Assembly (NCBI GenBank): GCA_038222225.1
Contig: JBBRHV010000001.1
Span: forward strand, 13,864 to 77,863
Reading direction: 5' to 3'
Length of the DNA stretch: 64,000 nucleotides
DNA from: Candidatus Omnitrophota bacterium
GTDB taxonomy: Bacteria; Omnitrophota; Gorgyraeia; Zapsychrales; JANLHA01
Shown: piece after piece, positions 1-9,100 of the stretch
Position numbering within the stretch: position 1 is the stretch's first letter
Layout of the letters: each line of letters begins with the position of its first letter
Translations under genes and position numbers: made by a program
Notes under the pieces: generated by a model
Databases searched by the model: none
Seen by the model: only the letters and a program-made list of their open reading frames with translations
Told to the model about the DNA's origin: nothing

Positions 1-3000
1 GGGTCGGGATGACGTGAGTGATGCGTTTAAGGTGACAGTTGATGAGGCTACGCCGGCCTATCCGGTGAAGTGGAACACGCTAGAAACGCTGCCGGACGAC
101 CGGCAGGAGGTCGATCCTGTTTCTGGTGGAACCGTTGCCGCGGCCCTTACGGCGAATTTTGTGAATCCGCTTGAAGAGCGGTTCCGTCCCCAGGATGCCA
201 GTGGTTTTTACAATCAAGATGATCAAGCCGGCCAGTTTCCTTTGTTTTATAAAATCCGGGACCAGATTGAATTGCCAATGCTTGGTCTTGTCGCGCAGCC
301 CAATTCATTAAATTGTATGTGGTGGAACCGTACTGATAGTCCTTGTACGGAAGGAATTCTTCCGGATCCGGACGAACAGTTCGTGCTTCCTTATCTTCTG
401 GGAGCGAACGTGGAATATGGGGGCGTTGTTGTTTTGGCCGATACTTTAGCGCCGTTGCTTTATGAAGACTATGCCGGAGGGAACGTTTTTAGGGATATGG
501 GCTTTTATGGCGGTCCGGACAAGGTCGGGACGATTGGTTTAGAAAGGCTGTTTGCAGATGACACGATATGTGCCGAAGTGGCAGCCAGACCGGTTCTCGG
601 GCTTTTTGTCGGTGAAACGCCAGCACAAAGTATTCAGAGTAATGCGAATTTTCCCGGATTTAAGCCGGGAACAGATTTTTATTGCTCGGAAAATTATCCC
701 TATGATGCCCATTGCCGAAAAAATGATCCGGCTGGGGGATGTGTTGAAGTAAGAACCTTTCAGAGAATCGTCGATGGCGTGACCCCAATTCAGTGGGAAA
801 CGTATAGTCAAAGTTTTCCAGTTGATTGCTCTTGCGGGGAGACGGCCACCGCGCACCCCACCAAATGGCCAGACGACATTTTGGATTCTTTTTATCGTAA
901 AATCACAGAGCTAGTGGCGTTGACCAATGAATTGAACTCACTACAGGCGCGTAAGCTTTTGACTACGACATTTGCAGATTGGTACGATAACGTAGCGGAT
1001 TGGATTGAGCCTGCGTATAATAAAGCGGCTTGTGAAGCCGCGGCTAACCCGGCGACTGACCGGTCCTGTCTGGAAACGTACACGAAAAAAGAACGATGGG
1101 GACATCTTTGGGTTTTCCGGGAAGACTTTAGGGAAATTTTTCAGATATTAGAATCTTGGCTCAACAATGTGGAAGATATCACCGATGCTGTCCCGGTTCC
1201 AATCAGCTATCAGGGGGGCAGTTGCGGGGAGGCATGGTGTCTGCCCGATCCGGACTGTGTGATGCTGAAACATTCTAGCGGGGTGGGGCAAACCAAGGAA
1301 GCGCTTGGATATGATACGCCTGTTAAAGACGGAGTCTATGACGCCAATGATGATGGTTTGGATGCTGTTATCCAATGTATGGAATGGGCCGAGACGGCGC
1401 AAGTTGAAAGCTTGACGGTTCCAGGAACCTATTTGCCGGATGTGGGCGTCCAAGGGTACTATATCGCGTGCCTCAATCATTGCGGCACCGCGTATTGTGA
1501 TAATCTGCCGAGGCCGTTTGTTCCGGACTATAAGGTGATTACAACTCGACCGATCGATGCTGATTGGAGGATGCCTTTAGCGGCCGTTGATATGGGAGGT
1601 TACCAAAAATGTCTGAGCTCGATAACAGTGGATCAGTGCATGGCTGCTACCCCCGGAGATACGACGGAGTGCGCGGATACGCCGGGGTTTGCTAATTATG
1701 ATCCGCCAGACGTGGAATATACTGATATTATCGGTCAGTGGACGCCGTGTTTAGGCCTTCCAGTGGTAGCAACGGCGTGTGATGGCGGGACGCCTTGGGC
1801 GTCACTCCTTATTACCTGTGCGACCCCTCGGGAAGACATTGATTTGTGCATGAGAAACCGTTTGAATTCCTGTGGGTGGATTGTTCCCGGAGGAGACACG
1901 AGTTTTTATGACGCCATGATCTTATCGACGGATTGTTCTCCCGGGATTGCCGGGGTTGTGCCGGAGAGTCCTTATCGTAGGTGGCTGAAAGCGAACATTG
2001 CTGTTGCTGATCCTTTAGTGGTTGTGGCGAAGCTTGCGATGCGCAAAAAGTTTTTGATTGCTGTGCGCGATGAAATCGAAGAGGCCCGCAACGGATTTAG
2101 AGAGGCGTATAACCGGCTGACAGAATTTTTAGACAATGGGACAGTCTTTGGTACAGCCATGACATTTAATCAGCCTTCGAATCCTAATCCGTGTGAGGCC
2201 GATATGGAGGCTCAGATTGTCCTTCCGGGCACCCCTACGGGATATGCCGATACGGCTGCTCCAGCCGTTCCGTCCCCGTATCGCCGTCTGGACTCGTTAT
2301 GTGATACAGTACCCTGTAAGATAAGATTTCCATATTCTAACCGTACGGAGGTGCATGGAGGGACTTCATTTACTGGCACCAATCAAGATTCTCCGTCAGA
2401 AATGTTGATCAGGGTGCGGACAATGCAACAGCAGGCGGCCGATGTGGATTATCAAGACTCCGGGCTTCCGGCGTTTGCCATTTATGTTTGGCGGGGAGAC
2501 GCGGAGACGGATCCGGATTGGATGGCTAACGGCGTAATGCATGGGGAAGGGCTTTTGCACGCGGTTAAAGTAGACGCCAGGGTACCTCGTCGCTGTAGAG
2601 GCAGATGTGACTTTTATGGCCAGGGGCCCATGGAGTGGCCGAAAATTGAAACATTCACAACCGGCTTTTTAGGCTCTACGCGCTGTTATGAGCTCCGCAA
2701 TTATTTTGGGATGACCAAAGCGCGCGTCATTCGTTTTGACCAATCACCGAACATTTCAAAGCTTAAATTGTTTAATAAAATCCCTTTTGTTCTTCCGAAT
2801 CTTTCTCATCCGGATGTGGGGACTGGACAAAATATTACGGGAGGGAATGTATTTAGAGTTGGCGGCACGCCGGGGATCTGCGAACAGTATGTCGATCCGC
2901 TTATTATACAGCCGGGGATCTGCGAACAGTATGTCGATCCGCTTATTATACAGTTGATTGCAAACAATGTCCCTCCGACGGTAGATCCGGATTTTCAAAG

Positions 3001-3265
3001 CATACAACAAGCTTTTATGATCAATTGGCCGCCGACAGGCTTGGGCCAACCATGGGGCTCATTGACTGCGGCGCAGCAAGCTGATCTAACCTGCTGGAAT
3101 TTTGTGCATGAGAACATTCTAAGGTACGGCGTGGTCAGCCATAGCTGCGCAAATTATTATTGGGGGGGACCCGGAGGCGCTGGCTATGGCCAACAGGGGA
3201 TGAGGGTTAAATTTGCGCCTTGCAATCAGACATTTATTGAAAGCGGGGATCTGGATGTCCACTAA
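1..3265 (+). CDS. Cys-rich hypothetical protein, probably 5'-partial. The first in-window start is GTG at 14 and the frame is open back to base 2. There is no recognisable catalytic domain. It contains an in-frame 42-bp duplication.
   Basis: The ORF track gives 14..3265 (1083 aa). The frame has no stop upstream to the window edge. It shows coding-like composition and many Cys/Gly/Pro residues. It lies directly upstream of tad genes on the same strand. Confidence 0.65.
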   Translation, partial: GRDDVSDAFKVTVDEATPAYPVKWNTLETLPDDRQEVDPVSGGTVAAALTANFVNPLEERFRPQDASGFYNQDDQAGQFPLFYKIRDQIELPMLGLVAQPNSLNCMWWNRTDSPCTEGILPDPDEQFVLPYLLGANVEYGGVVVLADTLAPLLYEDYAGGNVFRDMGFYGGPDKVGTIGLERLFADDTICAEVAARPVLGLFVGETPAQSIQSNANFPGFKPGTDFYCSENYPYDAHCRKNDPAGGCVEVRTFQRIVDGVTPIQWETYSQSFPVDCSCGETATAHPTKWPDDILDSFYRKITELVALTNELNSLQARKLLTTTFADWYDNVADWIEPAYNKAACEAAANPATDRSCLETYTKKERWGHLWVFREDFREIFQILESWLNNVEDITDAVPVPISYQGGSCGEAWCLPDPDCVMLKHSSGVGQTKEALGYDTPVKDGVYDANDDGLDAVIQCMEWAETAQVESLTVPGTYLPDVGVQGYYIACLNHCGTAYCDNLPRPFVPDYKVITTRPIDADWRMPLAAVDMGGYQKCLSSITVDQCMAATPGDTTECADTPGFANYDPPDVEYTDIIGQWTPCLGLPVVATACDGGTPWASLLITCATPREDIDLCMRNRLNSCGWIVPGGDTSFYDAMILSTDCSPGIAGVVPESPYRRWLKANIAVADPLVVVAKLAMRKKFLIAVRDEIEEARNGFREAYNRLTEFLDNGTVFGTAMTFNQPSNPNPCEADMEAQIVLPGTPTGYADTAAPAVPSPYRRLDSLCDTVPCKIRFPYSNRTEVHGGTSFTGTNQDSPSEMLIRVRTMQQQAADVDYQDSGLPAFAIYVWRGDAETDPDWMANGVMHGEGLLHAVKVDARVPRRCRGRCDFYGQGPMEWPKIETFTTGFLGSTRCYELRNYFGMTKARVIRFDQSPNISKLKLFNKIPFVLPNLSHPDVGTGQNITGGNVFRVGGTPGICEQYVDPLIIQPGICEQYVDPLIIQLIANNVPPTVDPDFQSIQQAFMINWPPTGLGQPWGSLTAAQQADLTCWNFVHENILRYGVVSHSCANYYWGGPGGAGYGQQGMRVKFAPCNQTFIESGDLDVH
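2870..2953 (+). repeat. Perfect 42-bp tandem duplication (2 x ccggggatctgcgaacagtatgtcgatccgcttattatacag), in frame, duplicating the peptide PGICEQYVDPLIIQ.
   Basis: Direct reading gives copy 1 at 2870-2911 and copy 2 at 2912-2953. They are identical. Confidence 0.9.
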
Positions 3266-3307
3266 GAGTTTTCGAATAGCACTCTTGTTATTAGATCGAG
3301 AATTGAT

Positions 3308-3670
3308 ATGATACTATTACGGAATAAAAAAAATAAATCGCGAGGAGTAACAACCGTTGAATATTGCGCGCTGGTTGTCATGATTCTGTCTGCGTTTTGG
3401 TTTGGACTGCGCGGATACATTCAGCGCGGAATGCAGGGTCGCTGGAAGGCGGCCGGAGATGCCTTTGGGCAGGGAAGACAATTTGAGCCAAAGGGCGACG
3501 GCGCGGTTTCAAGAACAGAAGAGTGTTTTTATAGTGAAGAGGTCCACAAATGGGTTGATTTAGAATGTTTTGAAACGGATTGTGACTGCACGAAGGAAAA
3601 CGATGATGCTGATTATGCGACAACCTGTCTTGCATGTATGAACAAGCTCGCGTGTCTGTGCACTTTTTAG
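3308..3670 (+). CDS. tadE: TadE/TadG-like Flp-pilus minor pseudopilin (TadE-like N-terminal motif) with an unusual Cys-rich C-terminal half.
   Basis: The N-terminus is MILLRNKKNKSRGVTTVEYCALVVMILSAFWFGL. This matches the TadE-like signature, a basic leader followed by G-x-(T/A)-(T/A)-VE-(Y/F)-ALV and a hydrophobic helix. It is 120 aa and directly precedes tadB/tadC. Confidence 0.6.
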   Translation: MILLRNKKNKSRGVTTVEYCALVVMILSAFWFGLRGYIQRGMQGRWKAAGDAFGQGRQFEPKGDGAVSRTEECFYSEEVHKWVDLECFETDCDCTKENDDADYATTCLACMNKLACLCTF

Positions 3671-3700
3671 GATAAGGCTTATGGGGGGAGAAACCGATAG

Positions 3701-4558
3701 ATGTTTGTTTTGGCGTTATTTTTCTTTTTTACAACCTGCGTGATCGTCGGATATTGGATCTTACCTTCGGCATATCGTCAATCAATTGCTTTGAACCAAA
3801 AACGGGCGCATCAGCTGTCGTCGAAGCTCGAGAGGGTGATTCCCCGGGCGCAGATTAAGCAGGTTGTTCAGATGTATCTGCTGGCTCCGCTTTTTTTGGG
3901 GGGATTGTTTTATGCTTTTTTTCCTGAAAAAATGCAGGTTTATGGAGCGGTCATCGGAGTGGTCTTTGGTTTCATCTTCCCGTCGATCTACACACAGTTT
4001 TTAATTGCATCCAACAAACAAAAATTTGGCGACCAGTTGATCGATGTTTTGATGATCATGTCGAGCTCTTTCCGCGGGGGCTTAAGTTTAATGCAGTCCA
4101 TGGAAGCCGTTATTGACGAAATGGGAGATCCGTCCAATCAGGAGTTTTCCACCGTTTTAGGGGAAAACAAAATGGGGGTTTCTCTTGAAGAGTCCTTTGA
4201 GCATTTGTACAATCGTCAGCCGTCATCGTCGCTGCAGCAGATGGTCACGGCGATTCTTTTGGCGCGTGAAACGGGCGGGAACTTGCCGGCGATTTTTCAG
4301 CGGATTGTGGAGGTGATCCGTCAGCGCAAACGCATCCAGGGGCAGATTGAGACCTTGACGCTTCAGGGAAAGATTCAGGGCATTGTTATGGCGGCATTGC
4401 CGGTCGTGTTTTTCGCCTGGGTTTCAGGGATCAACCCGGACCATTTTAAGATCATGTATGATACGCCGGTTGGGCGCAATCTTTTGGTGGTGTCATTTCT
4501 GCTAGAAATTATCGGAGCGTTTATGATTTGGCAGATCAGCTCCTTAAAGGATTTTTAA
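3701..4558 (+). CDS. tadB: TadB-like Flp pilus assembly inner-membrane platform protein (T2SS-F / GspF-like domain).
   Basis: It is 285 aa with an N-terminal TM helix. The central segment DQLIDVLMIMSSSFRGGLSLMQSMEAVIDEMGDP...LARETGGNLPAIFQRIVEVIRQRKRIQGQIETLT is typical of the T2SSF domain. A C-terminal TM helix follows. A GGGGAG SD-like motif sits upstream. Confidence 0.75.
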   Translation: MFVLALFFFFTTCVIVGYWILPSAYRQSIALNQKRAHQLSSKLERVIPRAQIKQVVQMYLLAPLFLGGLFYAFFPEKMQVYGAVIGVVFGFIFPSIYTQFLIASNKQKFGDQLIDVLMIMSSSFRGGLSLMQSMEAVIDEMGDPSNQEFSTVLGENKMGVSLEESFEHLYNRQPSSSLQQMVTAILLARETGGNLPAIFQRIVEVIRQRKRIQGQIETLTLQGKIQGIVMAALPVVFFAWVSGINPDHFKIMYDTPVGRNLLVVSFLLEIIGAFMIWQISSLKDF

Positions 4559-4576
4559 TTTTATAAGAGGGGAACT

Positions 4577-5458
4577 ATGCTTTTTATTGCCGCGTTATTA
4601 TGGTTTTTGTGCGCCTTCAGTTTTGTCTTGGGGCTTTTTCCTCTGGAGATGGAGACCCGCCCGACATTGCAGGCCTTCGGCTATGAGTTGCGCCCGACGA
4701 AAAAAAGAAAAAATCCGTTAGCGATCATCCGCTTGATCGCGATGTTTAACCGGCCGTTTGTTGGGTCAGGCAAGCTGCGGGAAAAAATTCTTAAAGAACT
4801 TTCCATGGCCCATGTGAATTTAACGCCGGAGGAATTCTGGCTGTTTAAAGAAATTTCAATTGTGGCGATGCTGGTTTTTACATATCCTCTGATTGAGCCG
4901 GATTACCTGATCATGTGGCTGCTGTTATGTGTGTTTTTCGGATATATGCTGCCCGAGTATTGGCTGCGCGGAAAGATTAAAAAGGTGAAAGGCGTTATTT
5001 TGAAAGAACTTCCTGATGCCGTTGACCTTTTGGGATTGTGCGTGAACGCCGGGTTAGATTTTATGCTGGCTTTGAAGTGGGTTGTTGAAAAATCGCCGCC
5101 ATCGATCATGGTCAGTGAGATGAATATTCTGCTTCAGGAAATTAATGTTGGAAAAACCCGACGGGACGCCTTAAAAGCGCTGTCTTCCAAGTATGATTTG
5201 CCGGATCTCTCAACATTTACGCGTACTTTGATCCAGGCCGATAAAATGGGAACGTCGGTTTCCGAGGCGCTGATCATTCTTTCGGAAGACATGCGTCTGG
5301 CCCGTTACCGTCGGGGTGAACAAATGGCAATGAAGGCGCCGATGAAACTATTGGTTCCGTTGTTGTTTTTTATTTTTCCGGTGGTCGGTATTTTGGTCGG
5401 GGGTCCGATCTTCATTCAATTTATGACCGAGAATCCCATGAGTCGTATTGGTGGGTAA
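4577..5458 (+). CDS. tadC: TadC-like Flp pilus assembly inner-membrane platform protein (T2SS-F / GspF-like domain).
   Basis: It is 293 aa with an N-terminal TM. The segment LPDAVDLLGLCVNAGLDFMLALKWVV...LIQADKMGTSVSEALIILSEDMRLARYRRGEQMAMKAPMKLLVPLLFFIFPVV is T2SSF-like. An AGAGGGG sequence lies 5 nt upstream of the ATG. Only 18 bp separate it from tadB. Confidence 0.75.
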   Translation: MLFIAALLWFLCAFSFVLGLFPLEMETRPTLQAFGYELRPTKKRKNPLAIIRLIAMFNRPFVGSGKLREKILKELSMAHVNLTPEEFWLFKEISIVAMLVFTYPLIEPDYLIMWLLLCVFFGYMLPEYWLRGKIKKVKGVILKELPDAVDLLGLCVNAGLDFMLALKWVVEKSPPSIMVSEMNILLQEINVGKTRRDALKALSSKYDLPDLSTFTRTLIQADKMGTSVSEALIILSEDMRLARYRRGEQMAMKAPMKLLVPLLFFIFPVVGILVGGPIFIQFMTENPMSRIGG

Positions 5459-5586
5459 TCATCAAAAGGAGGGGCTTCTCCGGTCTGGTGCAGTCGATGT
5501 GGCAGTATTTGGTCTGATGAGTTCTTTGTTTTACCTCCAAAAAGAAAAAAGGGCCTGGCGGATTAGCGCACTTTTGTTTTGCGCGG

Positions 5587-5619
5587 AAGGATTCTTTTGT
5601 TTCAAAAGGAATCCTTTCG
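5587..5619 (+). terminator. Candidate hairpin downstream of tadC. The stem GGATTCTTTTG pairs with CAAAAGGAATCC with a one-base bulge and a TTT loop. It is followed only by TTTC.
   Basis: Near-perfect inverted repeat read directly. The weak U-tract lowers confidence that it is an intrinsic terminator. Confidence 0.35.
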
Positions 5620-5718
5620 GCAGAAGGCGCAATTTAAAGGTTTGCTGTTTGAGTAAAAAGGGGACCCTGTAATTAGAGAAGAGGGCTTGAGAAAAAACTG
5701 AAGTTTAAGCAAGATAAT

Positions 5719-5780
5719 TAATGTCCAAAAAATGAAAAATGTCCAATCAGAGAGATAAAAAAAGTTTTTAATGTCCAAAG
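5719..5780 (+). repeat. Three direct copies of (T)AATGTCCAA at 5719-5729, 5738-5747 and 5769-5780 in the leader of the giant gene. The reverse-complement TGGACA half-site recurs at 6011-6020, 6101-6107 and 6140-6146.
   Basis: Direct reading of the intergenic region. This is a candidate operator or iteron-like set of sites. Confidence 0.4.
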
Positions 5781-5920
5781 AATGTGTTAAATTCATGTGT
5801 TCCAGGGGGTTTTATTATATATAAGAAAACATTTATTTGTCCTCGAGAAAATAGTTTTCAAAAAGAACGCAACTCGCTAAAAACAAACAACTTGTTTCCA
5901 AAAAAAATCTTTGAAAAAAT

Positions 5921-5949
5921 TTGTTGCATATATTGACAGGTGGTATACT
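5921..5949 (+). promoter_or_regulatory. Sigma70-like promoter. The -35 is TTGTTG (5921-5926). A 17-bp spacer follows. The extended -10 is TGgTATACT (5941-5949).
   Basis: Sequence match to the TTGACA-17-TGnTATAAT consensus. It sits in an AT-rich intergenic region, 177 nt upstream of the giant-gene ATG. Confidence 0.45.
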
Positions 5950-6036
5950 TTAAACACCTAGCCCGGAGGAAAGTGAGTTAAATTTAAGAAACCGCTTTAC
6001 TTAAGTATTTTGGACAATTCAAAAAAATCTTCATAG

Positions 6037-6064
6037 ACCGCCTTTCCGGCGGTTTTCTTGTTTG
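6037..6064 (+). terminator. Intrinsic-terminator-like hairpin inside the 5' leader. Stem ACCGCC / GGCGGT, loop TTTCC, followed by TTTCTTGTTTG. It is a possible attenuator or the end of a roughly 100-nt leader or sRNA transcript.
   Basis: A GC-rich 6-bp stem plus a U-rich tract lie about 90 nt downstream of the predicted -10 and about 60 nt upstream of the ATG. Confidence 0.4.
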
Positions 6065-6125
6065 TAGAAATCCTTCCGGCTAAAAAACTAACGTACAATC
6101 TGGACATAAAAAAGTACCCACTTTT

Positions 6126-9100
6126 ATGAATGACAGAATGGACATAACTCCACAGGCCCTTCGTGCGGCTGCTTCTGAAGGTTCAGAGCAGGCGGAGATG
6201 CCTATGTCTGATAATGTCCAGAGTGATATATATATATCTAATCCTCAGCGGCCATTTAAAAGCCGTTTTAAGGGTTGGCTTCGTTTAGTTGCTGCTGTTG
6301 TGGTTTTTGTGTTCCTTCCTGAGCAAATCAGCTGGGCCATGAGTTACAATCCGGCGGTTTTATGGAGTGCGCAGCCGATTTCGCTGAGCGGGATGCCAAT
6401 TTCCGCACCAACCGGTCCGGCGTTAGAGCTTCAGCTTCCGCAGCAAGAAGCCTCCGAGATGCTGGCGACCAATATTCAGAGCCTTTTGAGCCGCGCGGCT
6501 CAGGAAGGTAATCGCAATTTGGAGATCCAAATTGCATCTCCCGACGAAAAAGAGTTCCGCAATATTGACGGGCTTCGTGTTTCAGCCAAAACGTCTTTAA
6601 GCCAGGAAAAGATTCAAGAGGCGGTCCGCTGGCTTCGTCAGCCGGAAATTCACCCGCTAAACTGCGGTGTTTTTGCCCTGTATGAATTCTTAAAATTAAA
6701 CAACACTCCGATCTCTCTGGAACAGGCCTCTTTATCGACGCTGTCCATTGACTTGCTTTCTGACATTGTCAAGCCGGGAGATGCGACGCTCAAGACGTCT
6801 TTGTACGCCATCGATAAAGTGGTTTCGCTTTATCAGCTGGAGTATGCGGTCATTAAGCTGGACCCCAAAGAGATCTTGAAACTGAACGCTCCTTTTATTG
6901 CGAATTTCGGAAAAGAACATTTTGTGACCGTCACGGCGCTTGATGAACAGGGCGTTCACATGCAGGACACGGGCGTCGCGCGAACGCTCTCTCAGCCGGA
7001 ATTTTTGGAAAATTTAAGCGGGTATGTTCTGATTTTAACAAAGAATATCCCGATTTCTGTTTCTTACCAAGATGTCAGTGACGTTGAAAAAGCCTTTGTT
7101 TGGGGCGACCGCTGGGTAGACCAATCCGACGAGTTGCCTGGATTATTAGGAGATGTCGGCGCAGCGTGGGCCCGCGCCGGTATGCAGGTTGCCATTTCGG
7201 TCGCTATTACGGTTGTGACCTTTGGTCTGGGATGCGCCATGGCCGTAGCGAGAGACGGCGTTCTCCTGGCCACCGAGCTTGCCAAACTCTTAATGCAGGT
7301 CATTGTTTCTGTGGCCCTGATCGGTATTTCGGAGCTGGTCAACACCATCAATCAGATTGCTGTTTTGAACGGCTGGTGGGATGAAGATGTCGGCTTCGTC
7401 ATAGGAATCGTTATCTCCACGGCCTTGTCGGTGGGGGCGGGCATGTTTGCCGGCGGCGCGGCGGGTTCCCTTGGGGCATCCGGCGCTACAGGAGCGGCGT
7501 CACAGACAGGGTCAGCCATCGGCGGCGCGGCGTTTGCCGGATTAGGCACGGGTATCTCAAATGTCCCTTTGACTTTTGCCAGAAGCTTTGCCCAAGCGCT
7601 CGTCGTTGCGATTCCCAAGGCATATCTTGCCAGGGAGCTGTATGAAATCATTGATATTGACGATCCTATTTTAAAATCAGCCGTGGTGGGGGTCTTGTCA
7701 TCCGTCGGAACCACCATTGGGTTGGTGGGGCTGAGTTTTGGCCTTGACCAAATTGGTTTAAATTCTGTTAATGGGTTTATGGGCATAAATGTCGCCGATT
7801 CTTTTACAGAATTTCTGAAAGATCTCGGTAAAAACGTGGGGCGCACCGTTGCGGCTAATGCGCTGGCGGTCGGGTTAAGATATCTCGCTTTGGAGATTGA
7901 TGATGAAACGTTTGCCGCCGACACCTTGGCGTCGCAGGCCATCGGACAAGTGGGGCAGGCCTTCGGCGGATGGATTTTTGATATGGCGGTGAGCGGATCA
8001 TTGCCGCAGCTTTTTGCCGGGGAGGTCCAGAAGGGGCAGATGTTTCAAGACCCTGGCTCTGAAAAGATGGAGGTGCAGGCGCAGGAGCTTTTTGTGACCA
8101 GGTCAGACGGAACGCCTGCTCGTCTTACCATGGAAGATCCGGGTCGATATACCTATACAGATACTGCAGGGGAGACGGTTTTTCTTAAGCCGGGGGAGGT
8201 GGTCGAGACAGTGCCATTGGAAAGAAACGACGCCGGTCAGTGGGTCCCGCAAGGGACTGCGGATAATAAGAAGGACGACAGCTCCTCTTCAAGCATGAGA
8301 ACTCCCACACAGTTTATGAATGTAAGGACCCATCAGCCGGTCCAAATCGCCGATTTCACAAAAGTTACGACACAGTATTATATAGCCGATAAAAAGGGGA
8401 TGCCGGCCTTTGTCGAGTATGATAAGGCAAGCGGGAAAATTACCATTCCCCAGAAAAGCGTTGACCAGTTGAAAGCCGATAATTTCCTGAATTTAGATGC
8501 TAACACCAAGTATTCTTTGCTCGAAGGAAAAGACAAGAATGGGAACCTGCAGCTGGGTTTAGGAAAAAGCTGGTTTTGGGGGACGCTGACGACAAAAACT
8601 TTGACGTCATTGGTGGGGGTTGCGTTGGCGTTCGGCATGGATCGTCTGGAAGATAAATTTATTGGTAAAGATGATCAGGGGCAGAAAGACAAGTTCCAAA
8701 CGCTCGGGTTTCGGCTGATGGCTTTTCTTGGAACGGCCTTATCAGCGGAAGCCACTGGAGCGCTTTCGCGTTCCATGTTTTCTGCTCCGAGTGGGACAGG
8801 TCTTAAGCCGGGTACGGATACGATCAGTCCATTTGGCGGTATTTTCATGAGGAGCGTAGAGAAGCTTGCATTAGGGATCAACGACAGCATGTTCAGAGCT
8901 AACGGCGCGATGCCGAAAGATTGGGATTGGAGTAATGGTGAAACGTTTAAGTTTGGGGGCGACGGAGTATCACGATATCGATATCAAGCAATAGATCAAA
9001 TGGTGCGTTTTTACGAAGGGGCCGGGGAAAGCGCCGGTTGGGGCTTGGATTCCTATTTTAAGATCAAAGACCTTCGTAAGCAGCTGGAAGGGGAGCAAGA

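Noticed and set aside
3378-3635. 85-aa minus-strand ORF.
   Set aside because: It is antisense to the TadE-like CDS, which has a recognisable N-terminal pseudopilin motif.
5448-5672. 74-aa + strand ORF overlapping the end of tadC and the hairpin region.
   Set aside because: It starts inside tadC out of frame, has no RBS, and spans a predicted hairpin. It is likely non-coding.
5933-5949. Alternative promoter reading using TTGACA at 5933-5938 with TATACT at 5944-5949.
   Set aside because: The spacer would be only 5 bp. The TTGTTG(5921)-17 bp-TGgTATACT arrangement fits sigma70 geometry better.
6071-6099. Second candidate -10 (TACAAT, 6094-6099) closer to the ATG.
   Set aside because: No acceptable -35 sits at 16-18 bp spacing. 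It is kept only as a weak possibility.
7352-7942. 196-aa minus-strand ORF and other minus-strand ORFs (for example 16980-17444, 22340-22762, 29292-29783, 43081-43506).
   Set aside because: All lie antisense within the giant + strand frame. Open antisense frames of this length are expected by chance at about 48 percent GC. None shows recognisable motifs.
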